A DNA stretch of 64,000 bases from Carcharhinus amblyrhynchos. Lineage: Eukaryota. Below the pieces are notes generated by a model. That model had not been told where the DNA came from. It was given only the letters and a program-made list of their open reading frames with translations, and ran no database searches. Each line of letters begins with the position of its first letter. The first letter of the stretch is position 1. Position numbers and translations under genes: made by a program. The stretch spans positions 58,156,001 to 58,220,000 of the forward strand of contig OZ336884.1 in NCBI GenBank assembly GCA_965287045.1. The letters are read 5' to 3'. This document shows, one piece after another, positions 11,379 through 23,769 of the stretch.

Positions 11379-12724
11379 CTACCAAATAAACCTGTTGGAG
11401 TTTAACCTGGTGTTGTGGGACTTTTTACTGTGCTTACCCCTGTCCAATGCCGGCACCTGCACTTCATAAAGGAAGACATGAATAATGTACTCGAAGTTCT
11501 GAGATAAATTAATTTTAGTAAGGAGTTGAAGGAAATCACTATTAGTAGAGAAATGGTTTTGGGCAAATTGATGGGATTGAAGCTGGATAAATCTCCAGGA
11601 CCCGATTATCATTATCCCAGAGTGCATGAGGAAGTGGTTATGGAAATAGTAGATCCATTAGTGGTCATTTTCCAAAATTCTTTGGACTCTGGACTAGTTT
11701 CTACAGATTGGATGGTAGCTAATGTAAATCTGCTATTCAAAAAGGGAGTTAGAGAGAAAACCAGGGACTATAGACCAATGGGTCTAAGGTCTGTACTGGG
11801 GAAGTTGCTAGAGTCCATTTGGAAAGCAATGGCACAATCAGACAAAGTCAGCATGAATTTACAAAGGGGGAATCATGCTTGACGAATCTATTGGAATTCT
11901 TTGGGGATATAACTGGTAGACGTGACCAAGGAGAATCGGTGGATGTGGTCTATTTAGACTTTCAGAAGGTTTTCACAAAGGTTTCACGGAGCAGAATATT
12001 ATGTAAAGTGAAAGCATATGGAATTGCAGGTCGTGTCTTGAGATGGATAGAAAGCTGGTTCGTAGACAGGAAGCAAAGAGCTGGCATAGATGGGTCTTTT
12101 TCCAATTAGCAGGCAATGACTAGTGGGGTATGGCAGGGATCTGTGTTAGAACACCAACTGTTCACACTATATATTAATTATATTAAATTTGATGATCAAA
12201 ATGAATGGCCGAGCAGGCTCAAAGGGCCAAATAGCCCATTCCTGCTTTTAGTTTCTATGTTAACCTTAAAAAGGCTTTAAGGAAATTTGTTGCATTTGTA
12301 ATACGGTAGCCAAAGTCATATTTGTATAAATTCAGTTTCCAAAAACGGTTGACATTAAGTATTCTGTTTGTACCCCAATGTAATGGTTCTGGTATCAGTG
12401 ATAATGGATTTTGTTTAGAACTATTTATGTGCTGCTTTTTAATGCTGTATTATCTGGTTGAGGAGCTGCTTTGATCAAGCAGAAAGATGTGCAGTGACAG
12501 CAGTTTGAAGAGGTTCTTGCCAGTGAAAAAATTTGAGTTTCTGTGATTGTTCTCATCAGTTGCAAGAGTTACTCATTAGTGAGAGGTAAGACATTTTTAC
12601 TTTTCATATGAGTGTTTCAAGTTTGTAATGACTGCTTATGAAAAGTTGTATTTCTGGGGCTTTAGATATGGTTGTCTTTTTGTGTAAATGTAAGCAGTTG
12701 AACAATAAATATTTTCAGCACAAA

Positions 12725-13008
12725 AAAGAACAATGCTAGAAAATCTCAGCAGGTCCAACAGCATCTATGGAGAGAGCAAAGAACATAAGAACATAAGAAA
12801 TAGGAGCAGGAGTAGGCCAACTAGCCCTTTGAGCCTGCCCCGCCATTCAATAAGATCATGGCTGATCTGTCGTGGCTCAGTTCCACATTCCCGCCCTCTC
12901 CCCATAACCCTTAATCCCCTCTCTTATCAAAAACCCATCAACCCGCATCTTAAAAATATTTAGCGAGGTAGCCAATGTTTCGACTCTAGCTGACCCTTCG
13001 TCAGAGCT
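12725..13008 (-). mobile_element. Penelope-like pLTR fragment (family 2) with hammerhead core, interrupted by a CR1 3' fragment
   Basis: aatgctagaaaatctcagcaggtcc..gagagag [CR1] gccaatgtttcgactctagctgacccttcgtcagagc. The reverse complement has CTGACGA-a-gggtc..GAAAC at 13004-12977. Confidence 0.7.
12781..12973 (-). mobile_element. Young CR1 LINE, ~190-bp 3' fragment
   Basis: (CATAAGAA)n tail plus stem-loop nearly identical to 39685-39880. Encodes ..GIKGYGERAGMWN. Confidence 0.92.
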
Positions 13009-15439
13009 TTTCAACAGTATATATCCCCCATCTTTGGGATACAGTGTGTTTTGCACCATTTCTGGGTAGCGTGGTCTTTTTTTTTACTCACTAGATTTCA
13101 AGTGACCGATCTGATTTATCGACAGCAATTCATGTTACAGTTTATTGAGTAACAGCAAAACTCAGGAATCATATCTATTAAAGATTGTCTGTATGAAGTA
13201 AGTAAATTGCTGCAATCATTATGTTAGAATGACACTGAGCACTGACTTCATTAGTAGAATGTTTTCACTAACCTTAGAATATCATTTCAACCAGGCAAAT
13301 GGCTGTAGTTGGAAGGAATGTCCAAACCTATTAATTTTTACAGCCTACTCCATTCAGATGATGATATGTTATGAAGAGCAGCAGGATATGATTTATAGCT
13401 CAAGGGTGGGCTACCAATGTAACTAATGAGCAACAGCTGCAAGAGAAAATGGCAAATGCTACAAGTAGGATGGAAATTGGATTGACAAGTATTTGTAATG
13501 TACATGGTCATTAGAAGTTTTGCCTGTTTTTTTTTACTTTGATAGTTTTATAATGCATGGCATGCAGTTGTAAATATGCTCCTGCTCTGAATTGTAGCAC
13601 AGATCACCTGTGACTGTTACTCAAAGACATTCCATTTTGCATGGGATTTCATTCCTGTTGTATCCAGGGTGCATACAGTTCAGTTGAGTAGCTATAAGTG
13701 CTGATTCACTTATTCTATGGTGCCTAAGTGAAAATCTCAATGCTATGGAAAATTATCTTTCATAGAATTCTGTTTTTTCAAAATGGAATTATTTAGTTTT
13801 GTCCAAATAACATAACATAATTTTCCATCAACAAAATTGTAATGTGACATATGAAAAACATCTGATGTAGGGATGACCTTCTCACAGATGGGTAGGCCTG
13901 TATCCTTTTTAAGCTGTGTGAAAATGAGGACATACTGAACTCTCTTTATCATGATAGAATGAAATTGTAGGATGAAGCAACATTTGATATCATTGTAGAC
14001 ATAAGAATAAAATCATGAGTGCTGAGAATTGGAAATATAAAGAGAAAATGCTGGAAATGTGGAGCCATTCAATGGCTGATTGAAAGAGAGTGATGGGTTC
14101 ATGTTTAGAATGTAATATTTTCGGTGCATTCAAAATAATGCATTTATTTTGCTTTTTTTCTGCTGTGCAATCATATTGTCTGTTGCCTGCCTTTGAGCAC
14201 ATTGCACCCTTGCAATTCCATTGAATAGTGGGAAAGCTTTTAGTTTGCAAAAATAATTTGGATGTTAACAGATGTGTCGCTGTCTGATTTTGACGACTGT
14301 TATAGAATTCTTCCCATCCCAGATGTTTTTACTATTACTTTCAAATAATTTTACAACTTCACCCCTCCCATTTGTTCTGCCTGAACAGGTGAAGAAAGCT
14401 GATACATAATTCTCTTTTGAAAATTATCATTGTTATGTTCTTGATGAAGAAGAACAAAATGTAAACGTATGGGGAAAGACCAGAGCTGGGGAACTATTTG
14501 GAAAACTCTTTCAAAGGGCTGGCACAGACACAATGGGCTGAATGGTCATTTTCTGTGCTGTATGACACTGTGATACTCTATTGTCCCAAAGGTGACAATC
14601 CTACTTAGCATATTACAAAAGGATTTTTTTCTCTTTAACTGGGTTGCTTTGCTGAACATTTACAAAGCATAATTACACAGCAGATTAATGGCCTTCATTC
14701 TCACCTTTATAAATATTAGCCTCTTAACTTTTCAATGAAATTAATCTTTTTGACACCTCATTAATCAGTGCCCAGAGGAATCTTGTTACTGCCAATGGAA
14801 TATTATGCTTAATCCTAAACTACGCTCATTATACATATCAAATGGCATTTTTCTAAGTAAGTTACTTTTGTACTACATTCAAATGCAGACAGAGATCCAA
14901 GAGTTCAATATGATCGGAAGTTTGCAATGTACTTAGGTATACAAAACAGTAAATACAGTCTTCATCTGTAAACAGAAAATTATTATTATTTAAGTTTTCA
15001 CTCTACAGATGCTGGCTGACCATGTGTGCTTTTCTAGCAATTTATATTTTTTTCAGATTCCCAGCATTTGCAGTCTTCACAAAATTGTTCTGCAGTTTCC
15101 CTAAGAAAGGTCTTGTACATCGTACTTAATTAAAGGTGCTATATAATGCAAGTTGTTCCTTTTACGCTGTTTACTGTTCTTATTTCAGCCAATTGCTTTC
15201 ATGAGGAGTCAGACAAGTGAGTTGCAGCATTTCTCCATAGAAAATAAGTGTTCCTAATGCAAAATTAGAAGACCAAAACTCTGCATATTTCCAAAACTGA
15301 GCAATATCATTTCATTGTCCAGGGTTAATGTATATATTTGACTCTTCCCTTTAGAATGCACCATCTGACTTGATTAATTTTTTTAATCACTGGGAAGTAT
15401 TTTTTACTGATCAATAATTATTAACCTCAAATTTTTCTA

Positions 15440-17560
15440 CTTGATTTATTGTTGTCACGTGTATTAACATACAGTGAAAAGTATTGTTTCCTGCGTGCTA
15501 TACAGACAAAACATACCATTCATAGAGAAGGAAACAAGAGACTGCAGAATGTAGTGTTGCAGTCACAGCTAGGGTGTAGAGAAACATCAACTTAATGCAA
15601 GGTAAGTCCATTCAAAAATCTGACAACAGCAGGGAAGAAGCTGTTCTTGAGTCAGTTAGTACGTGACCTCAGACTTTTGTACCTTTTTCCTGAAGGAAGA
15701 AGGTGGAAGAGAGAATATCCGGGCTGCATGGGACCCTTAATTATGCTGGCTGCTTTGCCGAGGCATTGGGAAGTGTAGACAGGATCAATGGGTGGGAGGC
15801 TGGTTTGCATGATGGATTGGGCTACATTTACGACCTTTTGTAGTTTCCTGCAGTTTTGGGCAGAGCAGGAGCCATACCAAGCTGTGATACAAACAAAAAG
15901 AATGCATTCTGTGGTGCATTTGTAAAAGTTGGTGAAAGTCGTCGCTGACATGCCAAGTTTCTTTAGGCTTCTGAGAAAATAGAGGCATTGGTGGGCTTTC
16001 TTAACTATAGTGTCGGCATCGGGGAACCAGGACAGGTTGTTGGTGATTTGGACACCTAAAAACTTGAAGCTCTCGACCTTTCTACTTCGACCCCGTTGAT
16101 ATCAACAGGGGCATGTTCTCCCTTATGCTTCCTGAATCTCCTTCATTTTGTTGACATTGAGAGAGAGATTATTGTTGCCACACCATTTCACTAGATTCTC
16201 TACCTCATTCCTGTACTCTGTCTTGTCATTGTTTGAGATCCGACCCATTACGGTCGTGTCATCAGCAAACTTGAAAATCGAATAAGAGAGGAATTTGGCC
16301 ACACAGTCATAGATGTAGAAGGCGTGTGGTAGGAGGCTGAGAACACAGCCTTGTAGAGCACCGGTTTTGAGGATGATCGTGAAGGAGGTGTTGTTGCCTA
16401 TCCTTACTGATTGTGGTCTGTGCATTAGGAAGTTCAAGATCCAGTCACAGAAGGAGGAGTTGAGGCCCAGGCCACAGAGTTTGCAGATGAGATTCATGGG
16501 AATAATAGTGTTGAAGGCAGAGCTTTAGTCAATAAATAGGAGTCTGACATAGGTGCCCTTATTATCTAGGTGTTCCAGAGTTGAATGCAAGGCCAGGGAA
16601 ATGGCATCTGCTGTGGACTTGTTGCGGCAGTAGGCAAACTGTAGTGGACCCAGGTAGTCCGAGAGGCTGGAATTGATTCATGGCATAACTAACCTTTTGA
16701 AGCACTTCATAATAATGGATGTCAGAGCCACCGGCCGATAGTCATTAAGGCAATCTGCTTAGTTGTCCTTCAGTACTGGAATGATGGTTGTTTTCTTGAA
16801 GTAAATAGGGACCCCATTGTTGTAAAGAGAAGTTGAAGATGTCTGTGAGTATCTCTGCCAGCTGATCCACGCAGGATCTGAGTGCACGTCCGGGTACCCC
16901 ATCCAGGCCAATCACTTTTCGTGGGGTTGACCTTCAGGAAAGCTGCTCTGACATCGGCAATGGTGACCCTAGATATGGGCTCTTCCAGGGTGAAGGGCAT
17001 GCTCTCGCTGACCTCTTGCTCAAAATGGACGTAGAATGCATTGAGCTCATCAGGGAGGGGTGCGTTAAAGCCGGCGACTTTGCATGCCTTCATCTGATAG
17101 CCTGTTATGTCTTGCAGACCTCGCTATAGTTAGTGGGGGTCGGTGTGGCTAGCCTGGGACTCTAGCTAGGTCTGGTACTGTTTTTTGGCATCTTTGACGG
17201 ATCTCCTTCAATCGAATCTGACTGTGTATAGGTCAGTGTCGCCTGACTTGAACGTCTCAGACCTGGACATCAGCAAGCAGTGGATATCCCTGTTCATGAT
17301 GTGGATGTGCCGGCGTTGGACTGGGGTAAACACAGTAAAAAGTCTAAAACCTGGTGTTGTCAGACTTTTTACTGTGTTTATCCCTGTTCATCCATGGTTT
17401 CCGATTGGGGAACACACAGATTTGCTTATTTGGCACACAGTCTTCTACGCACTTACTAATGAAGTCAGTTACTGTAGTAGCATAATTTTGGCAATTTACA
17501 CCTATGTCATGGACCACAAAGCACACATCACACTGAAACCACATCAGATCCAATCTTAAC
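15440..17560 (-). mobile_element. Rex1/Babar-type LINE, degraded and 5'-truncated
   Basis: ORFs: [53 protein letters not shown] (RT), FYKCTTECILFVCITAWYGSCS..KLQKVV (Rex1 C-terminus), LPDELNAFY. Confidence 0.85.
17298..17378. mobile_element. Miniature Penelope (family 1) fold-back remnant inside Rex1
   Basis: Tail gatgtggatgtgccggcgttggactgggg plus inverted arms taaacacagtaaaaagtct / agactttttactgtgttta. 13-bp TSD tatccctgttcat at 17285-17297 and 17379-17391. Confidence 0.85.
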
Positions 17561-18744
17561 TCTCAATTTTGTTCATATATCCTTCAATGTGACCAATCTC
17601 CTAGCCGTTTGGTCAAGTGAATTTGGTATCATTGACGCAAGTAATAAAAGTTTTCAAAATGCCTTCCAAAACTCTAAATCATAATTATTCAGTAGGCCCC
17701 GGCCAGCAATTCTCAAAATAATTTAGTAAGTTTGTTACATTTTCTGACCACTGAGTTTAATCTTTACTGCACACGATTGTGTAAAATGGATCAATGTTAC
17801 AGGTCAATTCCATTTACTCTATTGTTTTAATAAATAACTATCATCAAAATCCCATAAATGCTTAAGCATCTTCCCCACTGTATATAGTAGATTAACTGAT
17901 CTTTGATTAGTTGCTTGGTATTCTACTCCTTAAAGGAGTTACATTTTGTCATTTTTACACCTTGAGGAGTTATGTAGCTCTTGATAATAACCAAAGGCTT
18001 ATCTATTTCTTAAGCCTCTCACTCTTTCCTGTGGATTCTAGGATTTATCTCAGTTCCACTTGTACGACTGAGTGATAAAAGCATTTTTTTTTGCAAAATG
18101 TGAAGGTCCAGTATCAAATAATCTGAATTTCTTATTCATGGTTACTGACTCGACATACATGCTGGATTCCCAAAAGTTAATTTACACAGCTGCTACTTCC
18201 TGATTCCATATATATGTATATTTATAATATGGTTCTCTCTGGAGGTATCCATCTGATTTTTGCACGCTACCTACTTTGTAATAAGTAAAAAAAAACTTTG
18301 GATTCCGTTTGTCATGACAAAAAATGTCTTATTACCTCTTTCGATGCTGATTTTTAGACTTTTCAGCTAGTGTTTGTGTAAATTTATATCAACAAGTCTC
18401 CATTGTAGTGTATTTTCATTGGGTTCTGATAAGCTTTTCACTACTTGCTGTCTTTTTTCAACTGCTATTGAGTCCTCATTCATCCTTCAATCAATGTTGA
18501 TATAACAGAAGAGCAGGAATAGACCATATAGTTCTTCAAGCCTACTCCACCATGGCTGAATATCTGCACCAGTTCAACTTTCCTGCCAAATCCACATATT
18601 CTTTGATTTCATTTCTCCGAGAATTCAATGACTGGAAGTTTTACGTCCCACCATGGTGATAATTGCAATTAAGGTCCGTTGACTTTGGGCGGGACAGGGC
18701 TGGAAGATTTCAGCCAATGTGACTGTGGGATAGGAAAACTATAC

Positions 18745-19300
18745 CTTCTCGTCCTCCTTGACATTTCTATAGCTTTTGACACAATTGATCACACTATTCT
18801 CCTCCAGTGCTCTAATATCTAGCCTAGTAGGACTGTCTGCTTCCACTTTTATCTTTCTAAGCCAGAGCTAGAGAATCACCATCAGTGGCCTCTTCCCATT
18901 CCCACAGTCTCACCTAATCTTGGCCCTCACCTATCCTTCATGCATGTACTGCCCCTTGGTACCACACATACATTAATGAGACTGAGCTCTATCTCACCAC
19001 CAACTCTCCTAACCCCTTCACTGTTTTTAAATTATCAGAATGCAGGTCCAAATAGATGAGCAGACACTTCCTCTGATTTAGTATTGGAAGGGCTGGAGCC
19101 TTGGGTGGGATTTCTCTTTCTCTCCCACCACTCCCCCACTCATCTGTGGTATGTTTTGCAATGGCGGGGGCAGCCCACCATTGGCTGGTGATGGGATCTT
19201 CCTGTCCCAACTCTGTCAACAGGGTTTCTTACAGTTTGCATCCTTCACCATCAGGGGACATGAAAGTTGTTATATAAATAGAAATTATTGTTGTTGTTGA
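18745..19300 (+). mobile_element. L2 LINE fragments (RT region and 3' tail)
   Basis: LVLLDISIAFDTIDHTILL-like segment at 18748. Tail ttatataaatagaaattattgttgttgttg. Confidence 0.6.
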
Positions 19301-19434
19301 TTCCCTTGTCCAAAAATCTTACTGACTCCAGCCTTGAATGTAATCAATGACTTAGCATCCACAGCCTCAGAGTCCTCTAAGTGAAGACGTCTCCTCAGTC
19401 ACCCTGAATGGTCGGCCCATTGTTTTGAGACTAT

Positions 19435-19566
19435 ACAGCTGGAATTCTCTGATGTTGTCTGCAGCTGGGATTTTCCAGACCCGCTGAAGTGAACAGAGAT
19501 TTAGCTGAGCATCAAATTCTCTGTTCTCGCTAGCAGCGGGGCATGCAAGACTAGAGAATTCCGCCT
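19435..19566. mobile_element. MITE (Harbinger-like TIRs)
   Basis: acagctggaattctc..gagaattccgcct inserted in CR1 gactat|gcc with apparent TAT duplication. Confidence 0.6.
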
Positions 19567-19882
19567 TATGCCTCCTAGCTCTAGAACTCTCCAGCCAAAG
19601 GAAACAGCCTCTCAGAATCTCCCCTGTTAAGACCCCCTCAAAATCTTTTGTCTCACTTCTTATTCTTCTAAACTTTCCTGGGCTCATTCTACTCAATCTC
19701 TTCTCACGGGACAACCCACTTAGCCCAGGAATCTATCTAGTGAACCTCATTTGCACCCTCTTTGAGGTAAGTGTATCCTTCCTTAAGACCTAAACCTATA
19801 TAGTAACAAAGCCATGTACAACTTCAGCAAGAATGTAAGTGACATACCATTTACCTTCCTAATTGCTCAGTGTACTACTTTA

Positions 19883-20198
19883 TCATGGAATCATAGAATC
19901 TTCAGTGCAGGAGGAGGCCATTTGGCCCATCGAGCCTGCACTGACAACAACAATCCCACCAGGTCCTGTCCTATCCTGTAACTCCACATATTTACCCTTC
20001 TAATCCCCCTGACATTAAGGGGCAATTTTCCCACATGTATTTGTATTGTGGGAGGAAACCAAGCACCCAGAGGAAACACACGCAGACATGGGGAGAATGT
20101 GCAAACTCCACACAGACAGTGATCCAAGGCCAGAATTGAACCTGGGTCCCTGGTGTTGTGAGGCAGCAGTGCTAACCATTGTGTCATCTTGTCGCCCC
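19883..20198 (-). mobile_element. HE1-type V-SINE, full length
   Basis: (ATCATAGA)n tail through to gtcgcccc head. Confidence 0.9.
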
Positions 20199-20817
20199 TA
20201 ACTAGCAGTGCTTTGTGTACAAGGAAACCAAAATCACCCTATGCATCAACCTTGGATAATTTTTCACCATCTATGCTTTTCTATTTTTCCTTCCAAAATG
20301 AATAACTTTACACTTCTTATACTAACTACTTTATTGTACTCCACTTGGTATCTTATTATCCACTCACTTAACCTGTCTGTATCCCTTTGCAAACTCTTGT
20401 ATCCTTCTTGAAAGCTTACTTTTCACCTAGCTGTATATCATCAGTAAACTTAGCTACGTATTCCCAAACCATTGGTAAAGTTAATAAATAGCTGGGATTG
20501 CAGCACCCCATAAGTATAGCTGAGCATTTATTCCTAACTCATGAGGCTTTATCTTCTGTACTAACCTTTCATTTGGCACTGTATCATATGTGTTTTACAA
20601 ATCCAAATATACTACATCAGCCAATTACATCCTCAAAATCTCTGATAGATTTGTCAAACATGACTACCCATCATTCAAAAGACTATTTTGACTCTGCATA
20701 ATCATAAATGCCCTGCTACAACTTCCCTTAAGAATAGATCCCAGCATTTTCCCAATGTCTGCTGTCAGGCTAACTGGCCTGTAATTCACATTTTCTCTCT
20801 TCTCTTTTGTGAATATA

Positions 20818-21450
20818 CAAGACATAGAAGCAGGAGTGTGCCACCAGGCCCTTCAAGCCTGCCCCACCATTCAATAGGACCATGGCTGATCTGTGCCGGC
20901 CTCAACTCCTTTCCCATGCCATCTCCCCGTAGCCCTCTATTCCCCGATCTATCAATATTAATCCACCTCCACTTCAAATACTTCTAATGATCCAGCCTCC
21001 ACTGGCTTTTGGGGCAGGGAATTCCAGAGGTTCACCACCCTCTGCAAGAATAAATTTCTACTCACCTCAACTTCAAATGACCAGCTGTTTATCTTGGAGC
21101 TATGTCCCTTGTTCGAGACTCTCCTACTAGTGAAAACACCTACCATCCGCCCTGTCAAACTCTCTCAGGATCTTATATGTTTGAATAAGGTCACCTCTCA
21201 CTCTTCTAAACTCCAAGGAACACAGACCCAGACTATTTAGTCTCTCTTGATACAACAACCCTCTCATCCCAAGAATTAGCCTGGTGAATCTCCTTTGGGC
21301 TACCTCCAATGTTACTATGTCCTTTTTAAGATAAGGAGACCAAAACTTTATGCAGTATTCCAGGCCTCACCAACACCCTATACAACTGCAAGAAAATCTC
21401 CCTATTTTTAAACTCCAACCCCTTTGCAATAAAGGTCGAAATGCCATTTA
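20818..21450 (-). mobile_element. CR1 LINE 3' fragment
   Basis: ORFs QRRFTRLILGMRGLLYQERL..RGDLIQTYKIL and QRVVNLWNSLP, plus the CR1 3' stem-loop. Confidence 0.88.
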
Positions 21451-22149
21451 CATATTTGCTATCTTCCAGATCATTGGGACTATTCCAAAACCTATGGAAT
21501 TTTGGAAGATCACAAGCAATGCATCCACTCTATGGCCACCTCTTTTAGAATCTTAAATAGGCAATCAGGACTAGGAGATTTTTTAGCTTTTAAATCCATT
21601 AATTTCTCCACATTTTTTCTTTAGTAATATTGCTTACTTCCATTCACTCTCATGAGACCTTAGTTCCCTATTATTTATAGTGTGCCTTTTTTTATCTGTC
21701 ATTGTGAAGACAGATAAAAGAATATTTATTTAACATTTTTGCAATTTCCTTGCACCTAATTATTTCTTCTGTCTCAGTCTCTAAGGGGACCCACATTTAC
21801 TTCTGTTATTCACTTCATTTTTGCTTACTTGCAGAGGCTTTTTGAATATTTATTGCTAGTTTATCTCATTATTCTATTTTCTTTCTCTTTATCAATTTTT
21901 TGACACCAATAATTTTTCGAACATTGCTGAAACGTTCAGGTTCTTTCACTCTTCCCTTAGATTCTCTTGTCCATATCCATGCAATAAATTATAACAATTT
22001 CACAGGCGGAATGTGAACGTTTCGCCACTAGTCACAAATTAACTTGGATACTATACTGCACAAAGGTCTTGTAAGGATTTGAAACTAGTGGCAAAATGGC
22101 TGAGGGAATGGAAGTTTGTGTAGGAAACAGGAATCTCAGCCAGCAGCAG

Positions 22150-22372
22150 GAGAGCTAGCTTTGAAACCTAGAAATTATTGCTGATTGTCAAAAAAACCCA
22201 TCTGGTTCACTAAAGTCTTTTAGAAAAGGAAATATGTCATCCTTACATGGTCTGGCCTACGTGTGACTCCAGGCCCACAGCAATGTGGTTAACTCTCAAA
22301 TGCTCTCAGGGATGGGCAATAAATGCAGGCTCAGCCAGTGATGCCCACATCTCATGAGCAAATTTAAAAAAA
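22150..22372 (+). mobile_element. MetaSINE-like SINE (core plus tail)
   Basis: ccatctggttcactaaagtctttt..tggtctggcctacgtgtgactccaggcccacagcaatgtggtt..gggatgggcaataaatgc..gcccacatc. Confidence 0.7.
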
Positions 22373-22644
22373 GCTATGCTTTCCCTATTTTCAAGAAGGC
22401 TGATTGCATTTTCAGCCACTCAGGCACTTAACTGGGCATGACCCTGGAATCGAGGACCCCTGGAGTAGATGTCCCATCCATAGAGAGCAGTCAGCCAATC
22501 AGAGCCCAGCATCTCCTCTTTCCTCAGCAAGGCAACTGGGGAGGTTGAGATTGTGTCTGCCAAGGAATCAGGTGAGTAATGGAAGGCTAGCGTTAGAAGT
22601 AAGATCAGGAAGGTGAGGTAGTTCTCAGCTTGTCCCCCACTTCC

Positions 22645-23680
22645 TGATGTGCTTCCACATCCTTCTTATAGGGAGGTGACCAGAACTGCACGCAATATTT
22701 CAAATGTGATCTCACCAAGGTCCTGTACAGTTGCAGCATAACCCCATGACTCTTAACCTCAAACCCCCTGTTAATAAACACTAATGCACTAAAGGCCTTC
22801 TTCACGGCTCTATTCACTTGAGAGGCAACCTTCAGAGATCTGTTGATATAAACCCCAAGATTTCTCTGTTCCTCCACGTTCCTCAGAACCCTGCTGTTGA
22901 CTTGAAATCCGCATTCAAATTTGTCCTACCAAAGTGAACCACCTCGCATTTATCAGGGTTAAACCCCATCTGCCACTTTTCGGCCCAGCTCTGTACCCTA
23001 TCAATGTCTCTTTGCAGCTTACACCAGTCCTCCAACTCATCCACTTCTCCACCAATCTTGATGTCATCAGCAAATTTATTGACCCACCCTTCAGTCCTCT
23101 CCTCCAAGTCATTGATAAAAATCACAAATAGCAGAGGACCCAGCATTGATGCCTGTGGTACACCACTGGTAACTGGTCTCCAGTCTGAAAATTTTCCACA
23201 CACCACCACCCTCTATCTTCTATGCGATAGCCAGTTACTTATCCAATTCAATTAATTTCCCTCTATCCCACACCTCCTTACTTTCTTCATGAGCCTACCA
23301 TGGGGAAACTTATCAAAGGCATTACTAAAATCTATGTATACAACATCAATGGCTCTACCTTCATCTACATACTTAGTTACCCCCTCAAAGAATTCAATCA
23401 AATTTGTGAGGCAAGACTTACCCCTCACTAAACTGAGCTGACTATCCCAGATCTTTCCAAATGGTCATAAATCCTGTCCCTGAGGACCTTTTCCATTAAC
23501 TTACCGACCACTGAAGTAAGACTAACTGGCCTATAGTTCTTAGGGTCATTCCTATTTCCTTTTTTGAACAGAGGAACAGCATTCGCCACTCTCCAGTCCT
23601 CTGGTACTATTCCCATGGACAGTGAGGTCCCCAAGATCAAAACCAAAGACTCTGCAATCTCATCCCTTGTCTCTCAAAGA
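22645..23680 (-). mobile_element. Older CR1/HER1-type LINE, RT region
   Basis: ORFs EDWRVANAVPLFKKG..NYRPVSLTSVVGK, SGVPQASMLGPLLFVIFINDL..KFADD, YRTLVRSHLKYCVQFWSP. Confidence 0.9.
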
Positions 23681-23769
23681 ATAAGAACATAAGAAATAGG
23701 AGCAGGAGTAGGCCATCTAGCCCTTCGAGCCTGCCCCGCCATTCAATAAGATCATGGCTGATCTGAAGT

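Larger units (their letters stand above)
10276..11461. mobile_element. Penelope-like retroelement, fold-back insertion (inverted pLTRs) with GIY-YIG endonuclease C-terminus
   Basis: Inverted arms 10275-10769 and 10929-11428, an extra 33-nt tail on the right arm, and a 14-bp TSD cttcataaaggaag at 10262-10275 and 11462-11475. Confidence 0.92.
9895..12262 (+). mobile_element. Degraded CR1 LINE (ORF2/RT region plus 3' tail), interrupted by the Penelope insertion
   Basis: ORFs 11526-12109 show KSPGPD..HYPRV, QHEFTKGESCLTNLLEFF, VYLDFQKVF. CR1 tail at 12200-12262 after an internal deletion. Confidence 0.9.
19300..21900 (-). mobile_element. Old CR1 LINE carrying nested MITE, HE1 SINE and younger CR1 fragment
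   Basis: Collinear minus-strand CR1 ORF2 pieces at 19300-19880, 20200-20815 and 21450-21900. Confidence 0.7.
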
